Shown piece by piece: positions 42,401 to 53,096 of a stretch of 64,000 nucleotides of DNA. The DNA lies in assembly GCA_002633005.1 (NCBI GenBank), contig NMRA01000094.1:832597-896596 (forward strand), given 5' to 3'. Both the position numbers and the translations under genes were made by a program. The notes beneath the pieces are model-generated. The model was not told the origin of the DNA and did not search any database. It was given only the letters and a program-made list of their open reading frames with translations. The number at the start of each line of letters is the position of its first letter. The stretch's first letter is position 1. The stretch is from Phoronis australis (lineage: Eukaryota; Animalia; Phoronida).

Positions 42401-44073
42401 GTAAGATACTACCTGAAGTGTTGCATCATCAGCCAGAGACTGTGACCAGCAAGAAGAATCGCGGGTAGAAGAAATTGCCTGCAAGTGTTGCATCACCAAA
42501 GACGGTGACCAGCAAGTACAGTCGCTATACAGTGTGTGTAGTTCGAAGATTCACCAACAGGACAGACATCCAACAAGTGGAGAGTCCTAGCTTGGATAGC
42601 AGATAAGACATTTGATTGTTTTGGTTGTTTGATTAAAGTAATCTTTAAAGAGGGCGCTAGCGCAGTTACTCTTTGAAGTTGATTACTTAATTAACAATAG
42701 GTTTCATTTGTCTAATTAGGGGTTATCATATAATAAATTAATTACTGGATTTGATTATTCACTCTCCATCTACGCACAATCTCAAAGCATAGCTACCTTT
42801 TAAACAAACCCACAGTCAATCGTCTGACAATCATCTTTAATTATTGTATATACAGTACGTATCATCTTTAATCATTGTATATATATGGTACATGTCATTT
42901 TTAATCATTGTATTTATGGTATATATATCACTTCTAATTATTGTATATACGGTATATATCATATTTAATTATTGTATATACGGTATATATCACATTTAAT
43001 TATTGTACATATGTACACCAATGAGCATCTCCATGTAAAAAACTGACTGACGAGTACACAAGCACTTACTGAATGAGTTTGTCATACTGCCAAACACAAT
43101 ACTGATGACAGGCCATCCAGCCCCTTGTACGCAGGCAAACAATGCTCCCACCACATAGAGCAAGTTATCAAAACATGATGCATAACGGAACTGTCAAGAT
43201 AAAATAATGAAAATCTCATTATTTCACACCATCTAGCATATATTATACATCACATATTTAAAGCAGTGAAAATTAGATAAAATTTGAAATATTCAACAGC
43301 TGGTAATTTCATTATTTTAAGTACTACAATGAAACCCCACATGCAAAATACAATTAAGCAATTCCTTAGATTTCAATAATGTGTACTAGACTTTGGAAAT
43401 TGCTGCATTTTCATGAATAGACTGAACACCTATTCACTCAGAAAGTCATCAAAGATAAGAAATGTGGTTTTACCAAATCAGCAAATGTCCCTTCTTTTTC
43501 CTTCTTCTCTTCTTTTTTTCTGAAACAGAACAGGCAAGGTCAGGCAAGGTCAGGCAAGATCAATCAAGTGAAACCAGTGTCACACTGAGAAGGGTGAGAA
43601 AATGCCAGATATTCAAAAACACTTGTCCATGTTGTCATGGTGTAGGTACAAAAACACTTGTCCACGTTGTCATGATTTAGGTACAAAAACACTTGCCTAT
43701 GCTGTCATGGTTTAGGTACAAAAACACTTGTCTATGCTGTCATGGTTTAGGTACAAAAACACTTGTCTGTGCTGTCATGGTGTAGGTGCAAAAACACTTG
43801 CCCGTGATGTCATAGTTTAGGTACAAAAACACTTGTCCATGTTGTCACGGTTCAGGTACAAAAGTCCAACATAACGACCAAATACATGACACAAAGCCAG
43901 AAAAAAAACATCAGCAAAACTGTAATCCCCAAAAAACAACAGGCTGGAAAAGTAAAAGACCATTCACTTGCAAACACTTACATATCATCTTGGCTAGACC
44001 TGCTACTTCCTGCTGCCCCATAACCTTCTTCCTCCTTGTTCACCAACAGTGCCTTCTTTTCTTCGTTGCTCAT
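15473..44073 (-). CDS. ABCB1: ABCB1/MDR1 P-glycoprotein-like full ABC transporter (TMD-NBD-TMD-NBD), about 1259 aa, 27 coding exons
   Basis: Exons 5'->3': 44073-43982, 43519-43474, 43190-43070, 39713-39592, 36801-36668, 35567-35396, 34417-34293, 33708-33537, 31382-31269, 30924-30814, 29915-29790, 29451-29248, 27658-27488, 27257-27056, 26869-26778, 26063-25911, 25119-25018, 24204-24043, 22743-22611, 22301-22231, 21565-21465, 20540-20400, 20133-19977, 19166-18969, 17969-17766, 16504-16358, 15679-15473. All GT-AG, phases match, sum 3780 nt. Motifs: [21 protein letters not shown], Walker [10 protein letters not shown] and [14 protein letters not shown] x2, [15 protein letters not shown] x2, [11 protein letters not shown] x2, IAHRLSTI x2. 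The start exon and the 46-nt exon are least certain. The exact paralog within the ABCB1 group cannot be resolved. Confidence 0.95.
16128..16330. repeat. 40-bp minisatellite x5
   Basis: Unit ATATCAACTTGTGATATGGATATCATGGTATGTAGTATAT. Confidence 0.95.
16790..16992. repeat. 60-bp minisatellite x3+
   Basis: Lines 16801, 16861 and 16921 are near-identical. Confidence 0.95.
18223..18330. repeat. 27-bp minisatellite x4
   Basis: Unit AATGTTATTAGCCTCGGTTGCTGGGCG. Confidence 0.9.
19225..19372. repeat. 28-bp minisatellite x5
   Basis: Unit CCCACACGAGTACACACACCAACACCCT. Confidence 0.9.
19765..20025 (-). repeat. Degenerate tandem repeat (about 58 bp) copied from an ABCB1 exon/donor junction
   Basis: CCTGTCATTGATAGCTTCTCTCAAGCAGGAGAGACTCTT|GTAAGTGT on -, repeated 4-5 times into the intron. 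Confidence 0.85.
23846..23932. repeat. 20-bp minisatellite x4
   Basis: Unit ATATCACTGGCTGAGACTGG. Confidence 0.9.
24410..24900. repeat. 47-bp minisatellite, about 10 copies, degenerate toward the 3' end
   Basis: Unit ATGACAACACAGTCTATAGAGTGAATGAACTGCAGACTGAACAGTAT. Confidence 0.92.
26068..26640. repeat. Degenerate minisatellite (about 23 bp) filling most of an ABCB1 intron
   Basis: TGT(G/A)TCCAAG(A/T)TTTACACTAAA-like units. Confidence 0.88.
28008..28128. repeat. 20-bp minisatellite x6
   Basis: Unit TGTATCAGTCTATTGTACAT. Confidence 0.9.
28236..28560 (-). mobile_element. HINE family A, degenerate fragment
   Basis: CAAGAGCAATCCAAAGCATTGAAATGCACTCATG resembles the family A 3' end. Shared CAAATTTCATGAA and TTTAGGAGATACAGC blocks. 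Confidence 0.5.
28770..29075. repeat. 31-bp minisatellite x10
   Basis: Unit ATATACCACTTTCCTAGTGCTCTGGGTAAAC. Confidence 0.95.
31561..33186 (-). mobile_element. HINE family A, copy 2, with internal tandem repeats of about 450 bp
   Basis: Begins AACAAGAGCAACGCGGAGCGTTGAAATG (3' stem-loop end). Ends with (GGAC)n and ATGCGTCCACATATAAATATGTGGGCGCATAAAAA. Internal units about 32100-32555 and 32555-33010 are near-identical. Confidence 0.78.
33960..34330 (-). repeat. Degenerate tandem repeat (about 62 bp, 6 copies) copied from an ABCB1 exon/donor junction
   Basis: TCCTTCAGGGGGCAGCACAAAGAGATTGATAG|GTGGGTGTTAACCTGCGG on -, repeated into the intron. Confidence 0.85.
38008..39426. repeat. 13-14-bp satellite (GGAGGTGCCTAGA)n spanning an N-gap
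   Basis: The same unit is present on both sides of the gap 38247-39104. Confidence 0.92.
39823..40880 (-). mobile_element. HINE family A, older diverged copy
   Basis: Starts AACAAGAGCAATGCACAGCGTTGAAATGCACCCA, contains repeated GCCACTAGGGGGCACAG blocks, and ends ATGCACCCACATATAAACCGTAGGCACATAAA. Confidence 0.65.
41535..41753. repeat. 12-bp minisatellite (TTAGACATACAA) x about 18
   Basis: Near-perfect tandem array. Confidence 0.97.
42139..42728 (+). mobile_element. Possible solo LTR
   Basis: TGTAAC...GTTATCA ends, about 590 bp, ATTAAA near 42632, internal duplication AAGTGTTGCATCA..GTGACCAGCAAG. No clean TSD found. Confidence 0.35.
42830..43010. repeat. AT-rich minisatellite of about 31 bp
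   Basis: TTTAATTATTGTATATACGGTATATATCA-like units x6. Confidence 0.8.
43612..43862. repeat. 35-bp minisatellite x7
   Basis: Unit GTACAAAAACACTTGTCCATGTTGTCATGGTTTAG. Confidence 0.92.
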
Positions 44074-44397
44074 GGTAACAACAGGATATCACAAACACTG
44101 TATTTCTTGATGGTAACACTGCTTGGAAACAAATACAACACAGATTAGCTTAACATTTTGGGTCAGATACATTCAGATATGTTACACCCCAAGTTTGATT
44201 GTTCAGTTCAGTATGTTTCATGCTAATTGAAGTGAATAAACCTTGACTGTGTGCAAATAATTCCTTAGGTGTACTGATGCTTTACATATTTTTTATAAGG
44301 CATTTTTATTTCTGGGCCCAGCGGCTAATATTTGTACTCAAAATCCAACTCAAAATTATTTTTTCTGATCTACTTTAGTACAAACTCAAGTTAAGTG

Positions 44398-44722
44398 TCT
44401 ATTCTTGTGTGCTCGTGTCTACTATAGATTACATGAATGAGTGTATACTCTTGTGTGCTCGAGTCTACTATAGATTACATGAATGAGTATCTACTCTTGT
44501 GTGCTCGAGTCTACTATAGATTACATGAATGAGTGTATACTCTTGTGTGCTCGTGTCTACTATAGATTACATGAATGAGTATCTATTCTTGTGTGCTCGA
44601 GTCTACTATAGATTACATGAATGAGTATCTACTCTTGTGTGCTCGAGTCTACTATAGATTACATGAATGAGTATCTACTCTTGTGTGCTCGTGTCTACTA
44701 TAGATTACATGAATGAGTGTCT
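44398..44722. repeat. 46-bp minisatellite x7
   Basis: Unit TCTTGTGTGCTCGAGTCTACTATAGATTACATGAATGAGTATCTAC. Confidence 0.95.
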
Positions 44723-45957
44723 AATCTTAGTTTGCACTTGATGATGCCAACATTAAAGTCTATAAGTCTGAACTCAATATCTTGAGGTGTTACTAGTCTG
44801 TCGCTCGAACTTAGGGTCATCAAGTGCAAACCTTTGACTAGACCTTCATTTGCGCAAAATAAAATATAATCAAGTGCACATGTATAGAAACAAGTATCAC
44901 ATTCGTTTTAAATAATGTCTCAATTTTGAGTATAAAGATTTGACACCGGACCATTTTGTTATTCAAAAGTAACCATTTTGGACTGGGAGGGGATAAATAG
45001 CCAGTATGAGTGTGGTTCACACAAATAAGCCTTTTGAAATTTGTATGCAAAGATAGAGAAAACAGTTCTTTGAGAAACCTGCTCTTAGTCATTCAACTGT
45101 CCTAGTTGGACTGTATAACTAAATACAGCTAAACAAATTAAGGATTTATGATCCTGGCTTAGAAAACAAATGTTTTATTACCCTGTAAGGATTATGAATA
45201 GCCAAGCCTGAATGCCAACATTGTCAGGATTGATAAGACTGTGAATACTATAGGACATCTATTTCTGCTGATTTAAAAAGATAAAGCATGTTTTGTTGAT
45301 TTCAAGCATCCCAGTTCTGCACATCTCTGCTAATGCCCCTCAGGCCTCTTAAGTAATTGACCAGGCATTTGAGTGACAACTTAAATGACCAATCAGAACG
45401 CAGCATTTTTGACACACCTTCGTTTCCAAGCTGTCATTTTACCTGACAAACAATACGTTATCGGGTAAAACTTATTGTTTGTTTGTCGGGTGTCACATGA
45501 TTTTTTGTAACGGGGCAATAGGGAGCATGCAATAGGTCGATTAAATCAGGATTCAACTAAAAACTCATTATTATTGACCATTCCAAATTCAAGACTTATG
45601 AGAAAGGCAATTTTTTCATTGACAGCTATTTTTGACGACTTTAGGCCAGACTTTGTTGACAGCAAATGTAGTGTCCAACATTTGACAAATAAGATGAATG
45701 CAAAAATTACCCCATATCCCAATCTTTAGAATCAAGAAAATTCAATTTCGGTTTTAATTCCAGTGTCCCAAATTTTAGAGACTGACCCAAAATGGTGAAT
45801 TCTTACCACTCTCTCTGCAGTGAAAGAATGGATCTTGTGGTTCTCCAGTTTGACAGGCTTGCCCATCTAGACTTTGTAAGGAGTTTTCAAAAAATACTTA
45901 AAACTTGTGTATTGTTGTTATTTAGGACTTCATTCACAAGTATGTGTAGTTCGATGA

Positions 45958-46096
45958 AAACATACACTATAACTGGATAAAATCATACACTATAATTGGA
46001 TAAAACCATACACTAGAACTGGATAAAACCATACACTATAACTGGATAAAACCATACACTATAACTGGATACAAACATATACTATAACTGGATAAA
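45958..46096. repeat. 23-bp minisatellite x6
   Basis: Unit AAACCATACACTATAACTGGATA. Confidence 0.92.
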
Positions 46097-46504
46097 GGAA
46101 AATGGAAAAGCTTTATATGAATGTCGTTAATTGGTGTGACCATGCCTTTTCAAAAAATTAGCAAAAAGGAAGGCATTTTTACAGCAGAACAACAGTAAAA
46201 AAAACACAAAGTTCATCGGATATAAATATTCAAGATGAAATCGCAAAAAAGTTGAAGCAATTTTCTAAATTATGTCTCTTTCATTTTAAACAAATCTTTT
46301 ATTTTTTTTCAAAAAAGAGTACTATTCTTGATAACCCTTATGCAAAAGTGCAACATTTTAAAAGCAATTCCCAACAGCATTGTGGAGAAGAGTTCATAAA
46401 GCTATCTGATAGTTGCATACCAATCCAATCAGTCATTACAGAGATAATGTTAAATCCGTGTAGTGCACTGATGGCTCTGGCATTGTTGAGGAAATTATTC
46501 CAAT

Positions 46505-46950
46505 CCTTGGAACATCCCTCAGTTGACTTTAAGGCTCCTTGACACACATCCCTGTTTGACACCTCCTTGGCGGCCCATAATCTGGTCAACAAAGGGCCCC
46601 CTGGTTGACACCTTAGCACACATCCCCCAGTCGACAACGGCTCCTAGGCTCCCCCTGTTGACACCTCCTTGGTGCAATCCCCTGATCGACAAAGGGTCCT
46701 TGCCACCCTGGTCCACACCTTGGTGTACCCCCACAGTCGACAAAGGTTCCTTGACTCCTCCTGTTGACACCTCCCCTGGTCGACAAAATCTCCTTGCCCC
46801 CCCCCATTGACAACTCCTTGGTATCCCCTCTGCAGTCGACAAAGACTCTTTGCGTCCTCTTCCATGTCGACATCTCCTTGGCGCCTCCTGTCACGGTTGA
46901 CAAAGACTCCTTACGTCCCCCTCCCCTATTGACACCTCCTTGCTGCCACT
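46505..46950. repeat. GC-rich degenerate tandem repeat
   Basis: Alternating GTTGACACCTCCTTGG and GTCGACAAAGG.TCCTTG sub-units. Confidence 0.75.
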
Positions 46951-47639
46951 TTGGCTGGTCGCTGTGTAATCCGTCCTCCCCCAGGTTAACAGTTGCCACC
47001 TTTCCCCTGGTAGTCCCCAGCTTAAGAATCGCCACTTAACCTAGATCACCCCACCTCGGTGGTTTTTTTCTTCCATAGCCAACCCCCACCCCCGGGAGGT
47101 CACCCCATACACAATATATAAACATCCACGTATTGAACATTGCTAAAAATCCCCCATTGCGGGTATCATGTCTTCTTATCCCAATAACCTCATTGCGGGG
47201 GAACTGTGTACAAGAATAATGACAGGACAAGTTTTCACGGATATGGAGTCATTTTTTAATGGTTGAAAATTCTTCACATTAAATTTAGACCGGGTGAAAG
47301 AAATACCCGGGGTCATTTTTAAAAGTGAAAAAATGACCCATGGTTCATTTTTTCACGTGGTCATTATTTAATGCAACAGCAGCATCGATCACCCCACCGA
47401 CGCAATCGATAGACACCTACACAGAGTCTAAACTGCAAGGGCAGATCCAAGATTTTAAGTTAGGGGTGCTAGGGCAGAGTATTAGCCAGGAATTTGCCCA
47501 TCAAACATTCGCACTACCTAACTGGGCCAGCAAAGACGATTAAATACAATTAAACAGCAAGACTTCACTTACTAACATACAGTACCATACTATCATAGAG
47601 CCAGAGGCACCGCAATGCTGAGGGGACGGGGCCCGAGGG

Positions 47640-47900
47640 TGAAGATTTATTATGCATTTATTCGGTCATATTTTAATTATTGTCTTCTTTGGCACTTATG
47701 TGATGTCCAGAAAGTCCAAAAAATGGAAAAGACTCAATATCGGGCCTTAAAATTTATTTTCAATGACCACAGTCATCATATTCAATCTTTCTTTCTAAAT
47801 CAAACTCCACCCTGTTTTTGTTCAAAGGCTACAATGTCTAGGGATGGCTGTTTTCAAGCATATGAATCAGATAGGCCCTTGCCCACTCCAGTGTCAGACG
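47640..47900 (+). pseudogene. LINE (CR1/L2-like) ORF2 C-terminal remnant
   Basis: IYYAFIRSYFNYCLLWHLC..KMEKTQYRALKFIFND matches the post-RT motif LY.SFI.S.FNYC..VW.....KLE.IQ.RALR. Confidence 0.7.
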
Positions 47901-48014
47901 TCTGCCCTATGAAGTATGAGGAAAAACACTCTGTGACTATGTTTTGTAAGTTTCACCACTACATCCTATGGACTTACGTAATTCTATTCACCACCAGGGG
48001 GTATCTTTATGGAA

Positions 48015-49880
48015 CAAGTTGACGCCTTCTCCATGGCTCCGTGGCTTAACCGGACCCCTACCCCCATCCCTCCTCACATTCTAGACCACCTCCTCTCCTC
48101 ATCCCTTGCACCCGCTACCATTTGCGCTTACTCCCGCATTGTCCACCATTTCACCTCCTTCCACTCCACCCACTCCCCCCTCCGACCCCCCTTTCCCGTG
48201 TCCTTGGCCACTGTGTCCTCCTACATCGCCCACCTCTACTCCTTTGGTTTCTCCTCCGCCACCATACATTCCTATATTTCGGCTCTCAGTTTCGTCCATA
48301 AGCTCTACTCCCTCCCTGACCCTACCTCCTCCTTCTACATTCGTCGACTCCTTCGCGGAGTTTCCAAATCACGTCCCTCCTCCGACACCCGCCTCCCCAT
48401 CACCTATGACATCCTCACCTTCCTCATCGACTCTATCCCTAACTGCATTCACAATCCCTTCAACATCGCCCTCTTTAAGGCCATTTCCTCCTTGCGTTCC
48501 ACGCCTTCCTCCGCATCGGCGAATTTACCCTCCCTTCCCTTTCCTCCGATCACTCGCTCACCCTCCAACGCTCTTCCATCCAATTTTTCTCCCCACCCTC
48601 TCAACCCCCCCCCCTACATGACCGTCACCATCTCCAATTTCAAACACCACCATTCCACTCCCATTATCCTTTACATTCCTTCCTCTCCCTCTCCTTATTG
48701 TCCTGTTGCCCACCTCCGGACCTATCTGGCCTTATCCCCCCATTTGTCTGGCCCCTTTTCCGTCTCGCCGACTCCTCCCCCGTCACACGTTCCTTCTTCA
48801 CCCACCAGCTCAATGCCGTCATAACCTCTGCCTCCCTTGACCCCTCCCTCTACAAGTATCACAGTTTCCGCATCGGCGCCGCCACCTCTGCCGCCGCTCT
48901 CAGCCTCCCGGAGCCCGTCATCCAACGCATGGGCCGCTGGATGTCCGACGCTGTCAAGGGATACATCCGCATGTCAGTTTCCCCCCCACCTCGTCCCTAA
49001 TTTCCCCCTTCCTCTTGTCTCTCCCTTCCCCTGCCTTCCCCAGGCCACCCGTTACCTCCCATTGGTGTCAGTATTGCCTGCACCTCCCTCGCTGGTGTCC
49101 GTATTGCCTGCACCTTCCCCATCCACTCCGTCCCCTTCGTTACGTATATCGTTAGTCTCACTTGTAGTTTATTTTGTATTTTGTATTTTATTTTTTCTTC
49201 AGTCACCTTACCAGTCCTTATATACTCCCTGTTAGACATTTTGTTAGGCCTCGGGCTATATTTTGTATTCATTTATTCTTAACTTATTACTCTACCTTTA
49301 TAATCCGACTATTGTTAGCTTTATTTCTCTTATGTTAGCTATTTTGTTATTCTCTGTTAGCCATTTTTTATATTGTCCTTATCTTTGATTTTTTCGTTTC
49401 TCTCTCGTTTCCTTTTAGTTTGCGTATCCCGCTTTGCGCTCTAGCTTACCTGTTAGTTTGTTGAATTTAAGTTCCTTATTTCTCCCTTGTTTTTCCGTCA
49501 TTTATCTACTTTTTTCCTGCCACGACGCAGGGTGAGACAACACCGGCACCTGTTCCAGTCCAGGCAATCGTACCTCCCCCTCTGGTTTGGCACCCGGAGT
49601 TAGGGTTGGGTATCCGGCTGATAGCGTTTGTAAGTAGTCCTGCACACTTTTCTTTTCATTTCTCTCCGTTCGTGCGTCCCTGCAGATGGGCATGAGCTGT
49701 CTTACAACATCTCTTGTGGCGCTTTTTATTGCCCATCTTACCAGAGATTACCTATTATACGTTATTTACCTGTATTCATTTTATTGTAATTGTACTAGTC
49801 ATAATAAATGACCTTATATCCTCTACCTCCGTCTCCTTTTCATCTCTGGTAAGGAGCTTGCGACGCACGTCTCATTTATC
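48015..49880 (+). mobile_element. 5'-truncated DIRS/Ngaro-like YR retrotransposon
   Basis: YR ORF preceded by APWLNRTPTPIPPHIL, which resembles the RT/RNase H ORF tail. Strong C/T skew on +. A T-rich 3' non-coding region carries AATAAA near 49803. The right boundary is approximate. Confidence 0.7.
48020..49000 (+). pseudogene. DIRS-type tyrosine recombinase, three 1-nt frameshifts
   Basis: N-terminal SSLAPAT..AY..TIHSYISALSFVHK..DPT..RLPIT. After frame correction: FLLAFHAFLRIGEFT (catalytic R), FKHH (K), YCPVAHL, PLF, YHSFRIGAATSAA (HxxR), IQRMGRWMSDAVKGYIR (W, catalytic Y). Confidence 0.9.
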
Positions 49881-50246
49881 TATTATTCGGAACACACGTC
49901 GATCATAAATAAGATGTTGCCAATACTTTTATATATAGTAAATATATAGACGCTGAGGTTGGCCAGAAGTGAAATATATCAAATAAACACAGACAAATCA
50001 GGAACCCCAAATGGGAATCAAACCACAGGTCTCTAGATTGCCGGTCTAGAGCTTTTATGAATAAGTTAAGTTGCCATAGGCTACGCCAAGCTTGTGAATG
50101 CCAACTGCACTGTCAACTACTGTGTTTTGATGCTTGATAAGTCATGATTGTATTCTGTACATAGCCCTTCTCAGTACCACTTTTATACATATCATTTTAT
50201 ATCGGTCACTAGCACTTGTGCTACGCCTACTGTTTTGCTGTTAACA

Positions 50247-50408
50247 GGGCCTGATCCAAGAAACTGACTTAAGTTCATTTTTGACTTAAGTTTAAGATTT
50301 GTGTTAACTTCCAAACTTTGAAACTTCCATATTCGGTGAGTTAGTCAAAATTAAGACAAAATTTATGTCAAACACTTAAGTCAAACTTAAGATCTCTTTC
50401 TTGAATTG
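50247..50408. mobile_element. Palindromic MITE, target of the TIR insertion; related arm continues at 53106-53184
   Basis: GGGCCTGATCCAAGAAACTGACTTAAG is inverted to CTAAGTCAGTTTTGTGGGAACGGGCCC at about 53157-53183. Internal TTGACTTAAGT/ACTTAAGTCAA symmetry. Confidence 0.55.
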
Positions 50409-50417
50409 GCTTTGAGA

Positions 50418-53096
50418 TAGGGACGTGACATAATCTTATCTAATCGCTGATTGGTTCTCCGATAATGGCGGTCACCGCTTTTTAACCATTGTTTGAACCT
50501 ACCCCTCGAAAATCCACTTGCTCTCCGTAAAAACTGTAGGAACAAAGTACTGAAGGTTTTGATGACGTAGAACACAGATTCCTGAATGTATACGTCATAA
50601 AATAAGTTGTTTTCACATTTTCATTCCCATGCTGTTCGAGTAGGAAAGTTGTTGTTCATCGTCAAGTCATCGCATTTCTTCAGGTAAGTTACATTGTTGT
50701 ATGAATATATTACATCGCATAAATTTAACCCTTTATGAATCTACATGCCGATTTTTATAAAGATCTATCAATGCCCTCATAGCTTTTTCAATCCCCAACT
50801 ATGGTACTCGGATTTGTAGTGTTACAGCCATGTTGGATGAACGGAAATTTGCTTGGTCTTGAAACGAATCTTTTTTCTCGTGACCTGTTCCTTTTCTGCT
50901 TTTTTGCGTTTTGAAAGTTGCCAAGTACAAGTTAGATTTACATTTGGAGATATTAATTGTTATTTGTGGTCTAAATACAATGATTCTTGTTGATTTTTGT
51001 CGCAGGAACCCAGGTCACGTGACATGGTTCTGACAATGTGATTGGTTTATTTGTTAAATAAATGAACAGCGGCTGCCAAACTAAGAACAGCTGACTGACG
51101 AATGTAAACAGTGCACATTTCTGGATGAGCTATGAAATGCTTTATATTCATATTGACAGAAGAAATGATTTCATCAATGCATTTTCATTGTTCTTGTTAT
51201 TTCAAACTTGCTTGATAAATTTCAATATGAAATTTTGTTCTTTGTTTTCAACATATTTTTATGGTAAAAGTGGTTTCTTTACAATCTCACCTCAAGAAAC
51301 TTAGATGGAAACAAACTTCTTTGATAACTGATAGTAGATGTCATTTTTGTAAAACAACATTTCATCAACGTGTTTTCAGTGCTGAAATGAAGTGCATTAT
51401 TGTTAGCCAATTTTTAGTTCATTTTAATACACAGCCAGTGAAGTACAATTACCTTTTTGTATTTGCAAAAAGGACGTTCTTTGGTATAAACATTCAGAAT
51501 CACAAATTTCAACATTTTTTTTTTATTTTCAGGATGCCACCAAAAAAGAAAAGAAAGCTGTCGCTAGTTTCTGATAAACCTGGCTTAGCTCGTCAGTACC
51601 TGGAAGAGCAAAAATACTTAATAAGTTATTGGCAAGAAGAAGAAGATGAAGACTCTGCTTTGGACTATGATATACATAAATATGAATTAGCTGCAGATTT
51701 TGTTAATAAAGATTTTCTGCTGAGAAAAAGTGTCACAACACGTATTGGGCTGGTAGGGTACTTATGTTGAGGATGCTATGTTTTGTTATGTTGTGAATAT
51801 GCTGATGAAGTACTAGTTTACAAACAATCCCGGGTCTTCCGGTGTGCCAGTTACCATAACAATTTGGCGAGTCTTGTTTTGCAAGACTTTTTGTGTAAAT
51901 GAGTATGGTAATATTCCATCGTTACCGTTATTATTTATTTCATTATCAAATAATGGCATATTTTGCACCACCTGCTGGCAATTTAAAAACACGAGTACGT
52001 TGGTGACATCAGCTTTCCTGTTTGCCAAATTTCTCAAATTATCATAATGATAAGAAGGCTACTGCTGACGCTTATTTCTGGGCAGGTTCGACTACTGTGG
52101 TGACCCGTAGTGGCAATTTTTTTTTATTTTTTACGATTGCCTCGGTGTCATGTGAGTTCCTTGATGAATCATCATGAAATTCAGCATATAAGCTCTACGA
52201 AAGAGATGATGGCGCCTTCATATTTTCGGATGGGTTTGACATTTATGTATATATTTTTTCTATTTCTTAAAGTTGTAAGTCAATTTTGCATCACTTTTGA
52301 CATCAATAGTGTTTTGAAATCAAAACACACATTCTACAAAATTGGACACTCATCCACATCTTCTACTGCGTTCATCAGTGTTTGAAGTGTCTGTGCTTTG
52401 TTGGGTATCACACAACGTCTCATACATTGCCCACATCGCTCTGCTCCAAACTATGTTTAGAATCGTCACGTTATGAAGGGTAGTGTGCTCACATTGAGGA
52501 GAGCATTGACTTGCTTTTCAGTTCCGCATTGCTCTTGTTATAGAAAGTGTTCATGTTCTTACAATAAAGATGACACTATGGTTATTCAAGTCCGTTTTGG
52601 TAATTAGTTGATTACTAATTAATACTTATTTTCTACGTATAATTAACAAAAAGGTTGTATTTTTATGTATTGTTACTCTTAATTAAGCTCCCGTAGCTTT
52701 AGAATCCTATTAGTGTTACATCTAGAGAAAGAATTGTGAGAATTTTCTCTTGACTAATTAACTTAATTACAATCAGTTAATCATTCCAGTCAAGAATTGT
52801 CTTGATGTTTATCAAACCAGATTCTAAACATTATTATCTTTCAAACAAAAAAAGTTTCATTTAAATTGGTTGAGAACTGCGAAGTTATGATTATATGTTG
52901 TAAAAATACTAATATAATGCGTCATGTTTTGGGCTAAAACAATAGGACAATTAGTAGCTTCAAAAGCGATCATTACAATGTAATATCTCTGGAAGTATTT
53001 TAGGTATAAATGTAAAAAAGATATTTTTGGAAAGCTTTCTAATGACATCAAAATTAATGGTAAGTTTTGAAAAAAAAATTTTTTGTCACGTCCCTA
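50418..53096 (+). mobile_element. 2.7-kb TIR DNA transposon derivative with 9-bp TSD (hAT-like TAGGG termini)
   Basis: Perfect 13-bp TIR TAGGGACGTGACA (50418-50430) / TGTCACGTCCCTA (53084-53096). Flanking direct repeat GCTTTGAGA at 50409-50417 and 53097-53105. Confidence 0.85.
51534..51752 (+). CDS. Isolated coding exon of an element-borne nuclear protein (starts MPPKKKRK); probably truncated
   Basis: Strong acceptor TTTTTTTTATTTTCAG|G then ATG. 73 open codons MPPKKKRKLSLVSDKPGLARQYLEEQKYLISYWQEEEDEDSALDYDIHKYELAADFVNKDFLLRKSVTTRIGL. Candidate donor GTAGGG at 51753. Upstream donor CAG|GTAAGT at about 50684. No downstream exon identified. Confidence 0.5.

Noticed and set aside
45807-45866. 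Possible upstream ABCB1 coding exon MGKPVKLENHKIHSFTAERV|GTAAGA
   Set aside because: Splicing to the likely acceptor at 44118 meets a TGA before the 44073 ATG. It could be a UTR exon but this is unsupported.
46338-47039. Cluster of 90-140 aa Pro/Gly-rich ORFs on both strands
   Set aside because: GC-rich degenerate tandem repeat with no recognisable domain or splice structure.
48009-49000. Phage integrase or horizontal transfer from bacteria
   Set aside because: The motifs (HSFRIGAAT, GRW.S, RLPIT) and context fit eukaryotic DIRS-type YR retroelements, and there are no phage genes.
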